Source: an uncultured Pseudomonadota bacterium
Lineage (GTDB): Bacteria > Desulfobacterota > Binatia > Binatales > Binataceae
Direction: 5' to 3'
NCBI GenBank assembly: GCA_963795945.1
Contig: CAWCJN010000021.1
Span: 26,319 to 90,318, forward strand
DNA: 64,000 nucleotides
The first letter of the stretch is position 1; each line of letters opens with the position of its first letter. Below are positions 49,401 through 59,090 of this stretch, piece after piece. Under the pieces are notes generated by a model. It was not told where the DNA came from, searched no databases, and saw only the letters and a list, made by a program, of their open reading frames with translations. The position numbers and the translations under genes were made by a program.

Positions 49401-50324
49401 CAAGTTAAGTAGCGGCGCATCTGCCGCGTCATGCAATTCAATCGAATCGAGCGCTACACCGCCGTCAATCCTGATATGCGGATGGTCCTGCTCACTGATG
49501 AAATGCAAATGCATCAGCACTGTCAGCGCGCCCTTGGGCAATTTGATCGGAAGCTTGATCGGAGCGTACGAAACATAACGCGGCAGATCGAGCCGATGCA
49601 GGCTCAAATCGACCACCGTCTCCTGCGTACGCCTGAAAGGCTTGGTTTTGCCGTCCAGCCGAAAAGGACTGCCGTCCACCTTCATCCGCAGCAATGGCTG
49701 GACGAAGATATTGATCTTAGAAGGCAGGTTAGCGATGAACGGCACACCCAGTTGAAGCTGGTCCACCTGATGGTGTTGTGAGAGCACGCGATCATCAAGA
49801 TAAATCGCGCCATTGCTCACCTGTATATTGTAAATCGCGAAACGCGGCGGCTTAGTGGATGGCGGTGTTGGCTGGGTTTGCGGACGCGCAAGCAGATCGG
49901 AGAAATTGAAGGTCTGATCGCCGGTGCGAATCGCGTGAATTTCCGGAGCGGCCACTGACAGTTGATCAATCACCAGCGCAAGATGCCATAGCGAAGACCA
50001 TGAGACTTTGACGCGGAGATGCTTCAAATCGACAAAAGGCAATTGCGGGTCGCGATCAGCGATGTGCAGCCGATCGAGATCGAGCCGCAGCAGGAACGGA
50101 TTAAATGCGATTTTACCGACTGTAGTCGGGCGATGGATGGAGCCGGCGACCTGATTGGTCAAAACCCGTCGCAGTAGATAGGGTACGCCGAAGAAACCAC
50201 CCAATGCATAAATGATTAGGATGATCACGACCGTGACGACCGGCCGTCGCACCCATCGTCGCCGCCAGAAGCGATCGAGCAAATTTTTCGAGTGTTTGGC
50301 CGAGGCTTGGAAGATTCCGTCCAC
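46422..50324 (-). CDS. Large DUF748-repeat (AsmA-like) protein with C-terminal OmpA-like domain
   Basis: N-terminal TM, FNPFLL and FNFSDL motifs, Pro/Thr/Ser linkers, LPVRLAVAVLKD..G.I.L.IPVSGSLNDPQFS, split OmpA-like tail (LA..RA.AV). Confidence 0.85.
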   Translation of the reverse strand: MDGIFQASAKHSKNLLDRFWRRRWVRRPVVTVVIILIIYALGGFFGVPYLLRRVLTNQVAGSIHRPTTVGKIAFNPFLLRLDLDRLHIADRDPQLPFVDLKHLRVKVSWSSLWHLALVIDQLSVAAPEIHAIRTGDQTFNFSDLLARPQTQPTPPSTKPPRFAIYNIQVSNGAIYLDDRVLSQHHQVDQLQLGVPFIANLPSKINIFVQPLLRMKVDGSPFRLDGKTKPFRRTQETVVDLSLHRLDLPRYVSYAPIKLPIKLPKGALTVLMHLHFISEQDHPHIRIDGGVALDSIELHDAADAPLLNLNHAVMDIASIEPLENEIHLQRIYVDGLNTFLVRNADGTTNLTALTETSKPAPATSQPVAAMPPSSTPSAASPTVSATPQITPQPMVTPSASPSPPPSNAQAQLAAPAPVQTAAAQSTSATSSKPPLDFSLKSFELVNSTVQITDKSQSTPAMATLNAIHAKLENLRMPGQGTTPYEFGGSLGSGGAVAAQGSLDLADKEAAVNASLSRIDLVGLKAFSTSVLNADVASGKLNAQASIKTNFAPDKFNIHVEPANASIDSFDLKSSDGKEEPLGWDRFALTVGQVDLAAHQAIVNEVRAEGLRVIAHRDREGGINLISLIRQNPHPAVSQPTPRRTIRREAKHAYRKVKEEQAPTPAPNANGSSQWHYQVASIVLDRASIHALDEHTRKPVKLDLTPLQFTANNVSDNLAKPITLALDATVNGQGGLKVEGAAAPAPLEAKLHVITNRLDLTPVNAYIEDQVNARLASALLTMNGVVTANNNRDKLHAAYRGDLTIGGVRVMDKLTGDSFTRWNSLSAHRIDAEYGGRKPKVHIGGLALSDFYARLILNRDGRLNVRDITSNPRERPRSLTRASSEAQPTPTATPTPVANGAAPPQPKPLDADIALGGITLQGGHINWTDNFIRPNYTADLTEVAGKIGTLSTSSTQPADVLLTGMVNGSAPLDIKGSANPLTPLAYLNIGAKADGLELPGLSTYSTKYIGYPIIKGTLTIDVHYLLQEQHLTATNHIFIDQLTFGDKVESKTAINLPVRLAVAVLKDPSGAINLNIPVSGSLNDPQFSVGGVIWEVLKNLIVKAATAPFNLIASAFGGNKSGQPLNYIEFNPGYAHLTSDDEKRLDVVAKALAARPSLKLDITGRVDPRVDKDGLRLAKVDDAVRDQQIKTEGTGSNASLSKDEYNKYLKRAYKAAKFDKPRDFLGMTKSLSPDEMKKLMVANEKVSDDDLRKLAGARANAVRTALVQRKIDPARLFILSPKLNADDVKDQGKTTRTDLSIS

Positions 50325-50361
50325 TCGCGACTCTCCGGATGCTTAATCTTCTATGACCATG

Positions 50362-50377
50362 CGCAAGAGTAAAGCCG
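50362..50377 (-). promoter_or_regulatory. Possible sigma54 promoter of the large DUF748 gene
   Basis: CGGCTTTACTCTTGCG = GG-N10-GC, about 38 nt upstream of the start; weaker match. Confidence 0.4.
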
Positions 50378-50435
50378 CTCATTAGCGATATAGAAATAGG
50401 TAGTTAGTGCGAACACTCCTGCTTGTGAATTTGCG

Positions 50436-51770
50436 CTAATTTGTATCAGCGATAGTTCCGAGGAGAGAATGGGCAGTGGCGGAATTGATTCGCACCTGAG
50501 TTGTGTCACCCGGAACAGTACTCGTAGCGGTGGCGAAAACTGCGGTTTTGAACTGCGGCGTCTTTCCGGCGATCATCCCGGCACCGCGCCGTGCCGGACC
50601 TTCAACGAGGACCGGAAAGCTCTTGCCAATCAACGCGAGGTTGCGTTCGAGCGAAATCTGTTCTTGAAGCGCGATCACTTCGCTTAACCGGCAACCCTTC
50701 TCTTCCTCGCTCACCGAATCGCCGAGCTTATAAGCGCGCGTGTTCTCGCGCACCGAATACTTGAACGAGAAGGCAGAGTCGTAGCGCACCATGCGCATCA
50801 GATCGAGTGTCGCGGTGAAGTCGCTCTCCTGCTCGCCGTAAAAGCCGGTGATAATATCGGTTGAGAGCGCGAGTGATGGAATCGCCTTGCGCAGCCGTTC
50901 CACCAGGTGCAGATATTCAGCCACGGTATAACCACGTTCCATCGCGGCGAGCAGCCGGTCGGAGCCGGATTGCACCGGCAGATGCAGATACGGCTGAACC
51001 TTCGGTTCGGAAGCCATCGCGTCGATTACCGAGTCGCTCATGTCCGACGGATGCGGCGAGGTGAATCTGATCCGTTCAAGTCCTTCAATTTTGGCGAGCA
51101 GGTGCAGCAGGCTGCCAAATTCAGTATCGCCGGAACGATAGGCGTTGACCGTCTGCCCGAGCAGCACAATTTCTTTGACGCCGCGTCGCGCCAGCGTGCT
51201 CGCTTCGCGCAGAATATCCGCCGGCGGCAGGCTACGCTCGCGGCCCCGCACATAGGGAACGACGCAGAAGGTGCAGAAGCGATCGCATCCGCGCATTACA
51301 GTGACATAAGCGCGGACGCCGGATTCGTATTCGGGCGAGATATCCGCGTAAGTCTCCGACCTATCGAGGCGCACATCGACAGTCGGATCGAAGCCCGTTC
51401 GCCCCAGCATCTCCGGGAGCCGCCGGTAGGCGTCGGGACCGGCGATCAGATCAAGCCACGGAGCCTGCTTAATCAAAGCCGCGCGATTATGTTGCGCCAT
51501 GCATCCGAGCAGCCCGAGCTTGAGACCTGGACGTGATTGCTTGAGCCGTGCGAGATCACTTAATCGGCCTAGCACGCGGGCCTCCGCATGCTCACGGATC
51601 GCGCAGGTGTTGAGCAAAATGAGATCGGCGTCCTCGGGACGCGAGGTTTTGGCGTAACCGGCGCGCAGGAGAACCGCTGAGACCGTCTGTGAGTCGGCGA
51701 GATTCATCTGGCAGCCGTAAGTCTCTAGATAGACACGGGGCGGCGCAGCAGTGGATAGATTTTCGGCCAT
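50436..51770 (-). CDS. miaB: tRNA-2-methylthio-N6-dimethylallyladenosine synthase MiaB
   Basis: TYGCQMN..DS, NTCAIRE, GC.AQ, GCDRFCTFCVVP, RIRFTSPHP, TRAM domain. Confidence 0.96.
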   Translation of the reverse strand: MAENLSTAAPPRVYLETYGCQMNLADSQTVSAVLLRAGYAKTSRPEDADLILLNTCAIREHAEARVLGRLSDLARLKQSRPGLKLGLLGCMAQHNRAALIKQAPWLDLIAGPDAYRRLPEMLGRTGFDPTVDVRLDRSETYADISPEYESGVRAYVTVMRGCDRFCTFCVVPYVRGRERSLPPADILREASTLARRGVKEIVLLGQTVNAYRSGDTEFGSLLHLLAKIEGLERIRFTSPHPSDMSDSVIDAMASEPKVQPYLHLPVQSGSDRLLAAMERGYTVAEYLHLVERLRKAIPSLALSTDIITGFYGEQESDFTATLDLMRMVRYDSAFSFKYSVRENTRAYKLGDSVSEEEKGCRLSEVIALQEQISLERNLALIGKSFPVLVEGPARRGAGMIAGKTPQFKTAVFATATSTVPGDTTQVRINSATAHSLLGTIADTN

Positions 51771-51889
51771 CGATAGCGCTAGAGCATAGGTGATCGGGGA
51801 AAATCCCTCAACGTAAGCGATATGATCGATACTAACCCGCTAATCAATTCGGTATGGTGGCGGTGAAACGCTGAGACGAGGAATCTGCA

Positions 51890-52690
51890 ATGTCGTCCGT
51901 ATCCATATCTGAAACCACCGATCACAAGAATACCGTTCGCGACGAGTTCACCCGTCAGGCTGACGCTTTCGCCGCTGCACCCGTGATCACCGATGCCGAG
52001 CGGCTCGCGAGACTGGTGCAGGCGATTAATCCGCCCGCGGACAGCCGCGCCCTTGAAATCGCCACCGGGCCGGGTCATGTCGCGATGGCGCTGGCGGCGC
52101 GTTATCGCGAAGTGATTGGAGTCGATCTGACGCCTGCGCCAATCGCGATCGCCAACCGGCTCAGCCGCGAACGCGGGCTCACTAACGTTCAGTTTCAGGT
52201 CGGCGAAGCCGACCGTCTGTCTTTCGGTGACGCGGAATTTGATGTGGTCGTCTGCCGCTTTGCGTTTCATCATTTTCAGAACCCGACCGCAATTCTCGCG
52301 CAGATGGTGCGGGTCTGCCGCGCGGGCGGCGTAGTTGCGGTAGAGGACCTGTATGCCAGCGAGAATCCCGCACGCGCCGCATATTGGAATCGAGTCGAGC
52401 GTCTGCGCGACAGCTCCCATACCAGTGCACTCCCGTTGAGCGAGTTGGCTGCGATGATGGGTCGGGCCGATCTCGATATCGAAAGCGTCTATTCGGATCG
52501 CATCGAGAGCAAGGTGGAGGATTGGCTGGCTTCTGCACAAACTCGCGCCGATTCCGCCGCCGAGGTCCGGCAATTGATCGATAATGACCTGCACGACGAT
52601 CACAGCGGGATGCTTCCCTTTACGCGCAATGGCGCGCTGTATTTCGTACAACGCACCGCCGCGCTTGTTTGCCGCAAGCTCGCCATTTAA
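51890..52690 (+). CDS. Class I SAM-dependent methyltransferase
   Basis: ALEIATGPG, GVDLT, FDVVVCRFAFHH, RD.SH. Confidence 0.9.
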   Translation: MSSVSISETTDHKNTVRDEFTRQADAFAAAPVITDAERLARLVQAINPPADSRALEIATGPGHVAMALAARYREVIGVDLTPAPIAIANRLSRERGLTNVQFQVGEADRLSFGDAEFDVVVCRFAFHHFQNPTAILAQMVRVCRAGGVVAVEDLYASENPARAAYWNRVERLRDSSHTSALPLSELAAMMGRADLDIESVYSDRIESKVEDWLASAQTRADSAAEVRQLIDNDLHDDHSGMLPFTRNGALYFVQRTAALVCRKLAI

Positions 52691-52774
52691 CGTGGCGAAA
52701 ACTGACTGAAACGTTCTCGCATCGATAGGGTCACCCCAAGAGGATTTTCGTGCTTTCGTGCTAAAGTTCGCGGC

Positions 52775-54223
52775 GTGAATGTGCAATCGCGAATACCTCT
52801 TGACCAGCAGGTGGTCGCGGACCTTCGAGAAATCCTCGGTGACGACGGCGTTATCTCCCGCGCGACCGAGCTCAAGGTTTATGAATGTGACGGCTGGACA
52901 ATAGAAAAGGCCATCCCGGAGTTGTTGCTGCGGCCACGCTCGACCGGCGATGTCAGCGCGATACTGAAGCTACTGCACCGGCGCGGGATTCCGTTCGTGC
53001 CGCGTGGGGCCGGAACCGGGCTTTCGGGCGGATGCTTGCCGCTCCATGCGCCGGTGATGATTTGCACCTCGCGCATGAATCATATCCTCGCGATTGATCT
53101 CGCCAACCGCCGGATCGAAGTCGAAAGCGGGGTCGTCAATCTCCATGTCAGCAATGCCGTCAAGAATGACGGCTACTATTATGCGCCCGACCCGTCCTCG
53201 CAGATGGCCTGTACGATCGGCGGCAATATCGCGGAGAATTCGGGCGGACCGCATACCCTCAAGTACGGCGTAACCACCAACCATGTCCTCGGTCTGGAGC
53301 TGGTGCTGCCGGATGGGGAGATTGCACAACTCGGCGGTCCGGTCGAGGAGTTGTGCGGCTACGATCTGGTCGGCGCGGTCGTCGGGACCGAGGGAACTGT
53401 CGGAATCGTCACCCGGGCGACGCTGAAGCTGTCGCGTATCCCCGAGGCGCATCGGACGATGCTCGCGGTGTTCGCCGAAGTCGAAGACGCCACGCGCGCG
53501 GTTTCGGCAATTATCGCGCATGGAATTATTCCGGGCGCGATCGAGATGATGGATCGGCTGATTATCCGTGCGGTCGAGGACGCCTTTAAGGTAGGATTGC
53601 CGATCGATGCGGGCGCGGTCTTGATTATCGAGCTCGACGGCATCGCGGCGGGAATGGATGCGCACGCCGCACAAGTCAGTGAGCTGGTCAAGGCAGCCGG
53701 TGCGCGTGAAGTCCGGGTCGCACGCGACGAGCACGAACGCACGATGCTCTGGAAAGCGCGCAAGCGAGCATTCGGCGCGGTCGGACGGCTCGCGCCGAAC
53801 TACGCGACGCACGACGGCGTCGTACCACGCACGCGACTTCCCGAGATTCTGGAACGAATCATCGCGATCAGCGCGCGGCACAATCTGGCGATCGGCAATG
53901 TCTTTCATGCGGGTGACGGTAATATCCATCCGATTGTACTTTATGACGAGCGCGACCCCGATCAGGTGCGGCGTGCGATCGCCGCGGGTCACGAAATTCT
54001 CGAGGCCTGTCTTGCGCTGGGCGGTAGTCTCACCGGCGAGCACGGAATCGGCGTCGAGAAGATCAACGAGATGCCGCTGCTCTTTTCACCCGACGATCTC
54101 CTTGTGATGGGCGAGCTGCGGCGCGTCTTCGATCCCGAGCAACGTTCCAATCCCTACAAGGCGATCCCGCAGCCGGGCGGATGCGTCGAGATTGTGACGC
54201 CGCGCCGCCAAGCTCCTCTGTGA
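52775..54223 (+). CDS. glcD: Glycolate oxidase subunit GlcD
   Basis: PRGAGTGLSGG, PDPSSQ..CTIGGN, FHAGDGNIHP, GEHGIG. Confidence 0.92.
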   Translation: MNVQSRIPLDQQVVADLREILGDDGVISRATELKVYECDGWTIEKAIPELLLRPRSTGDVSAILKLLHRRGIPFVPRGAGTGLSGGCLPLHAPVMICTSRMNHILAIDLANRRIEVESGVVNLHVSNAVKNDGYYYAPDPSSQMACTIGGNIAENSGGPHTLKYGVTTNHVLGLELVLPDGEIAQLGGPVEELCGYDLVGAVVGTEGTVGIVTRATLKLSRIPEAHRTMLAVFAEVEDATRAVSAIIAHGIIPGAIEMMDRLIIRAVEDAFKVGLPIDAGAVLIIELDGIAAGMDAHAAQVSELVKAAGAREVRVARDEHERTMLWKARKRAFGAVGRLAPNYATHDGVVPRTRLPEILERIIAISARHNLAIGNVFHAGDGNIHPIVLYDERDPDQVRRAIAAGHEILEACLALGGSLTGEHGIGVEKINEMPLLFSPDDLLVMGELRRVFDPEQRSNPYKAIPQPGGCVEIVTPRRQAPL

Positions 54224-55485
54224 GTTCGCGCTCGATGGGCGAGCTGAGCCACGAGGTCGCATCGTTGCTCGGGGCTGAGCGAGTCAGACCCGCTGACAGC
54301 CGTGAGGCTGCCGTCGCATCAATAGTCGTTGAGCCGCAAGCGGAAACCGAACTAGCAGCGCTGGTCGCCAAATGTGAGCGCGATCATATCTCGCTTGCAC
54401 CGGTCGGCGCAGCACGAACTCTCGCAATAATCCGCAAGAGTCCGGTAGGCGTGGCGGTATCACTCACCCGGATGAGTCGGCTGGTCGCTTACGATCCCGA
54501 CGATATGACGCTCGTATGCGAGGCCGGCATGAGGCTCGCCGAGATCGCTCGGCGGACGTCCGAGCACGGCCAACGTCTGCCCATGGATCCATCAGGACCT
54601 GAGCTGACGACAGTCGGTTCGATGATTGCGGGAGCGCAAGCCGGACCGTTCCGGCTGAGCGAAGGAACAATTCGCGACCTCCTTATCGGAATCCGCTTCG
54701 TCGGGCATGGTGGCCGGCTCATTCATGCGGGCGGGCGCGTCGTCAAAAACGTCGCAGGTTATGATTTAATGAAGGTGATGACTGGTTCGTTCGGAACGCT
54801 GGGAATTATCACGGAAGCGGCGCTCAAGGTGCGGCCAATTCCGGCGATATACGAATTGGCGATCACGGGTTTTCCGTCAATCGCGGCAACCTTTGAAGCA
54901 GCATGGCGATGCGAAGCAGCCGCGCCGCTCGCGCATTGCGAGATCGTCAGCGGCGGCTTGGCCGATTCGTTCGGACGAACCGGCGAGATTATCCTGCTGA
55001 CCGGATATTCGGGGATTCGCGAAGAAGTCGAGTATCTGCGCGCCCGCTTTCGCTCGCTCCTCGGAACTGACACGCAAATACTCGAAGGATCACAAGCACG
55101 CGACGCTTATCAGCGCCTGCGCGATCTCGATCTCGATAACACCGCATTTGCCGGGCAAATTGCCGTGCCGCCTCGCGAGCTTGCGCGATGCGTCGAAGCG
55201 AGCGGCGCAGAGTTTCGCGCCCATGCGCTGAGCGGGGTCGCGCAATTATTTCAACCGCGCTGCAAAGACTCCGACGACGCGCGCAAGATCGTCGCGCGAT
55301 GGCGCGAGATTGCCCGGACTGCTCACGGTCATCTTCGCCTGTTCGCGGCGAGGTCCGATCTGCGCGACGAAATCGACGTATTTGATACTCCGGCGGCATC
55401 CGCACTGGAGTTGATGCGCAAACTGAAGCACGCCTTCGATCCGCAGAACATCTTCAACCCGCACTGCTTTGTTGGAGGATTTTGA
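54220..55485 (+). CDS. glcE: Glycolate oxidase FAD-binding subunit GlcE
   Basis: GGRVVKNVAGYDLMK..GSFGTLG, LK.AFDP..IFNP; GTGA overlap with glcD. Confidence 0.88.
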   Translation: MSSRSMGELSHEVASLLGAERVRPADSREAAVASIVVEPQAETELAALVAKCERDHISLAPVGAARTLAIIRKSPVGVAVSLTRMSRLVAYDPDDMTLVCEAGMRLAEIARRTSEHGQRLPMDPSGPELTTVGSMIAGAQAGPFRLSEGTIRDLLIGIRFVGHGGRLIHAGGRVVKNVAGYDLMKVMTGSFGTLGIITEAALKVRPIPAIYELAITGFPSIAATFEAAWRCEAAAPLAHCEIVSGGLADSFGRTGEIILLTGYSGIREEVEYLRARFRSLLGTDTQILEGSQARDAYQRLRDLDLDNTAFAGQIAVPPRELARCVEASGAEFRAHALSGVAQLFQPRCKDSDDARKIVARWREIARTAHGHLRLFAARSDLRDEIDVFDTPAASALELMRKLKHAFDPQNIFNPHCFVGGF

Positions 55486-55494
55486 GCGGCGCTG

Positions 55495-56868
55495 ATGGCT
55501 ACGCTTCCAAAGGAATTGCCGACGGCTCACGATCAGGCAGAAGCGCCCACTCCTTCCCATCCGGTGAAGGATGTCGTCGATTACGAGCTGCTGTTCGATT
55601 GCGTACATTGCGGCCTGTGTCTCGAATCCTGCCCGACGTACGTACTGACGCGGGCCGAAATGGATTCGCCGCGTGGGCGAATCTATCTAATGAAGGCGCT
55701 GGCGCAAGGGAGCCTCGACCTGGACGCCGATGCGGTGCGCCATCTCGATCTCTGCTTGGAGTGCCGCGGATGCGAAACGGCTTGTCCGTCAGGCGTGAAA
55801 TACGGACGGTTGATCGAGAAGGCCCGCGTCTATGTCGAGCGCAACTGGCAGCGACCACTCGGCGAGCGGCTGCGCAATCGATTGATCGGGGCGATTTTCC
55901 CGTATCCGAATCGGCTTCGGATCGCGCTGGCGCCGCTCAAGTTGATTGAATGGATGGGGTTTCGCCCGCTAGTTGAGCGCTGCTCTCCTGCCGCACTGCG
56001 CAACTGGCTCGAACTCTTGCCGCCACTGACCGGCGATAACGCTCCGCAATTCCCGCCGCTGCGGCAAGCCGAGGCGGAAAACGGAGTCCGCAAGACTGCC
56101 GTCGTGCATCACGGATGTGTTGCGCAGGTGCTCACCGAATCCGAGAACCGCAACAGCGAAGCAGCGCTGGCAGCTGCCGGCTATGAAGTCGTGCAGCTTG
56201 GGCGCACGGTCTGTTGCGGCGCGCTTGATATTCACAATGGTAATCGCGACCGCGCGATTGAATTGGCGAAAATCAATGTGCGCGAGTTGCAGCGCTGTGG
56301 AGCCGACGCGATTGTCTCGGCGGCCTCGGGATGCGCCGCCGTAATCGCAGGCTACGGTGAGCTCCTCAAGAACGACAAAGAAGTTGCCGAAGATGCGCGC
56401 CAAGTCGCATCCCGCGTGACCGACCTCAGCTCACTGATGCTCACGGGCGCGAATCCATTCACTCACGAATTCCGCGCCACTGTCACTTATCACGAATCGT
56501 GTCATCTGGTGCATGGACTGGGCGTGCGCGAGTCTCCCCGTGAGCTATTGCGCTCGATTCCCGGCGTGCGGCTGATCGAGATGGCCGAATCCGACCTCTG
56601 CTGCGGCTCCGCAGGCAGCTACAACCTGACCGAACCGGAGATGGCGCGCGCACTCGCTGTGCGGAAGGCCGACAATATCATCGCCACCGGTGCAGACTAC
56701 GTAATTCTCTCGAACCCCGGATGTGAGTTTCAGATCGCGGCGGAACTAAAGCGCCGGAACGCCAACGTTCGTGTGATTCATCTCGCAGACTTCCTCGCGC
56801 TCGCCGCGCAAGCCGGGCTCATCCCAGGTACGAGGGATTTTTGTACGTCCCATCAAAGTGATGTGTAG
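55495..56868 (+). CDS. glcF: Glycolate oxidase Fe-S subunit GlcF
   Basis: CVHCGLCLESCPTY, CLECRGCETACPSGV, two CCG domains. Confidence 0.9.
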   Translation: MATLPKELPTAHDQAEAPTPSHPVKDVVDYELLFDCVHCGLCLESCPTYVLTRAEMDSPRGRIYLMKALAQGSLDLDADAVRHLDLCLECRGCETACPSGVKYGRLIEKARVYVERNWQRPLGERLRNRLIGAIFPYPNRLRIALAPLKLIEWMGFRPLVERCSPAALRNWLELLPPLTGDNAPQFPPLRQAEAENGVRKTAVVHHGCVAQVLTESENRNSEAALAAAGYEVVQLGRTVCCGALDIHNGNRDRAIELAKINVRELQRCGADAIVSAASGCAAVIAGYGELLKNDKEVAEDARQVASRVTDLSSLMLTGANPFTHEFRATVTYHESCHLVHGLGVRESPRELLRSIPGVRLIEMAESDLCCGSAGSYNLTEPEMARALAVRKADNIIATGADYVILSNPGCEFQIAAELKRRNANVRVIHLADFLALAAQAGLIPGTRDFCTSHQSDV

Positions 56869-57814
56869 TCTTGTACAGTTCGTATTTTCCGTTGTGCGCG
56901 GTTTGTGCAGTTTTCTCAAGCAGCGCGAGTTTTTCGCTTTGACTTAGCGGCTGAAAATTTTTTGCCAGCGACAGATCCTGATCGAGAATGTGCATCGAAT
57001 CGATTCCGGTCACCGTCACGTCCGGCGGCACGCTCATCGCATAACGCAGCCCTTCAATCGGTGTAATCGCATCACTTTTCAGGATGATGCCGTCGCCGAG
57101 CGGCTTCATCCCGATCACTCCCATCTTTCGCTGACGCGCCATTGGCAGCACGATCCGCTGGAAACTGTCGTAGTGAGCATCCATGACATTCAGCGGCATC
57201 TGCACGGTGTCGAAAGTGAAGTGATGGGCGTCGGCGACTTCGATCATGTGCTTGTGAATCTCAGGGCTTTTATGGCCGGTAAAGCCAATATAGCGGAGCT
57301 TGCCGGCTTTCTGCGCCTTCTGGACTGCTTCCATCGCGCCATTCGGGGCGAAGATCCGCTCGGGATCATTCATCCGGATCACTTCATGAAATTGGAGCAG
57401 GTCGAGATGGTCGGTTTGAAGGCGCTTTAGCGATTGCTCGAGTTGCTGCATCGCGGACTGAGCAGCACGGCCATCGATTTTGGTCATCAGGAAGACTCTC
57501 TCACGATAGCCGTCGCGCAGCGCATTACCCATTCGCTCCTCGCTGCGACCGTCATGGTAGTCCCACGAATTGTCCATGAAATTGACGCCCTGATCGATCG
57601 CGGTCCGGATGATCCGTGTAGCCTCGTCGTCGGAAACATCGGAGTTTCCGATATGCGCGCCGCCAACTCCGATTATGGATACCTTCTGCTCCGTTCGGCC
57701 CAGCGTGCGATATGACATCTCGCCACTGGTCGCGGCTACTGCAGATAACTGGCGTGCAAAGGGGCTCAATAAAACTGAAGAGATCGATGCTTTGATGAAG
57801 TTTCGACGATTCAT
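56819..57814 (-). CDS. Aldo/keto reductase with Tat-like signal peptide
   Basis: MNRRNFIK; YRTLGRT, DNSWDY, FLMTK, SLKRLQTDHLDL, YIGFTGH. Confidence 0.92.
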   Translation of the reverse strand: MNRRNFIKASISSVLLSPFARQLSAVAATSGEMSYRTLGRTEQKVSIIGVGGAHIGNSDVSDDEATRIIRTAIDQGVNFMDNSWDYHDGRSEERMGNALRDGYRERVFLMTKIDGRAAQSAMQQLEQSLKRLQTDHLDLLQFHEVIRMNDPERIFAPNGAMEAVQKAQKAGKLRYIGFTGHKSPEIHKHMIEVADAHHFTFDTVQMPLNVMDAHYDSFQRIVLPMARQRKMGVIGMKPLGDGIILKSDAITPIEGLRYAMSVPPDVTVTGIDSMHILDQDLSLAKNFQPLSQSEKLALLEKTAQTAHNGKYELYKTTHHFDGTYKNPSYLG

Positions 57815-57944
57815 GGCGTTTCCGCTACGTGGAATTGGCGCGCCACGAAACGCGCCGATACTTCAAAGGCTGGCACGCTTCGCTCGTCAATCAATGACGA
57901 AATTTGTGGAACGCCGCTAATGCCTGCGTAACGCGACGAGACTA

Positions 57945-59024
57945 CTAGCCGATATAACCGGAATGCTGCAGATATTCAGCGAGCAGCACCGCGCCACGCC
58001 CCGCTCCCATCGCCGCATTGTGGCTGACGAGCAGGTACTTGACGCCGTTGCACACCACCTCGTCCTCGCGTACGCGACCAACCGAAGTAGTCATGCCCCG
58101 CTCTGCGTCGCGATCGAGCCGCGGCTGCGGACGCATCGGATTGCGATGCACGGTGATCATGTGTTGCGGAGAGTTCGGCAGTCCCAGGTCGGTGAACTCG
58201 CGACCGAACTCCTCGAACGCCGCGATGACCTCATCAATCGAAGCGGACTGCTTGAGCTCGACCGTGACCGACTCGGTATGACCGGCAAGGACCGACGCGC
58301 GGGTACAGGTCGCGCTGACTTTCAGCGGATGCTCGGTGACAGCGCCACTCGCGAACTGGCCGAGAATCTTGCGCGTCTCAATCGTGACGCGTTCCTCTTC
58401 GCGTGGGATATACGGAATGATGTTTTCGACAATATCGAGGGCGGGCAAATCACGTCCGGCGCCCGAGATTCCCTGCATCGTAGTCACGATCGTTGAGTTG
58501 ACGCCGAAGCGGATATCGAGCGCCTTGAGCGTGACCGCAAGTCCGGTCGCGGTACAGTTGGGCAGCGTCGCGATATAGCCTTTCCATCCGCGTCGCCGCT
58601 TTTGCTCCGCGACCATCGCGATATGATCGAGGTTCACGCCGGGAATCAGCAACGGCACGTCAGGTTCCATCCGATGCGGTCGGGCAGTGCTGATCGTCGG
58701 CACGCGTTGCGCATAAATTGGCTCGAGTTCGCGCGCGGCGTCGGCTTCGATCGCGGCAAATACCAGCTTGATATCATCGAGCCGCATCGATTTGGCGTAC
58801 TGCACCACGAGTCGCAAGGCGTCGCGCGGCGGCTCAGTCGCTTCGACGTACCATCGGCGCATCCCGCTCGATGCGTCGGTGATGGCGTCCTCGAAGTTGC
58901 GCCCTGCCGAGCGCTCCGACGCAGCTAGCGCGGCGATTTCAAATCTCGGATGGCCGTCTAGTGCGGTCAGGACTTGCTGTCCGGCAATGCCGGTTGCTCC
59001 AACTACTGCGACAGGAATTCTCAT
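57945..59024 (-). CDS. asd: Aspartate-semialdehyde dehydrogenase, archaeal/fungal type
   Basis: VGATG..GQ, PNCTATG, QGISGAG, PQPRLDRD..GMT.SVGR, SHN..GA. Confidence 0.92.
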   Translation of the reverse strand: MRIPVAVVGATGIAGQQVLTALDGHPRFEIAALAASERSAGRNFEDAITDASSGMRRWYVEATEPPRDALRLVVQYAKSMRLDDIKLVFAAIEADAARELEPIYAQRVPTISTARPHRMEPDVPLLIPGVNLDHIAMVAEQKRRRGWKGYIATLPNCTATGLAVTLKALDIRFGVNSTIVTTMQGISGAGRDLPALDIVENIIPYIPREEERVTIETRKILGQFASGAVTEHPLKVSATCTRASVLAGHTESVTVELKQSASIDEVIAAFEEFGREFTDLGLPNSPQHMITVHRNPMRPQPRLDRDAERGMTTSVGRVREDEVVCNGVKYLLVSHNAAMGAGRGAVLLAEYLQHSGYIG

Positions 59025-59090
59025 CGTAATTCGTCAAGTTCGGAAAGTCAGACCAGCCTATATTGGGCGTGTGGTCTAATCCATACAGCT

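Noticed and set aside
51779-54043. 335-aa and 357-aa minus-strand ORFs
   Set aside because: Antisense to the well-supported methyltransferase and glcD genes
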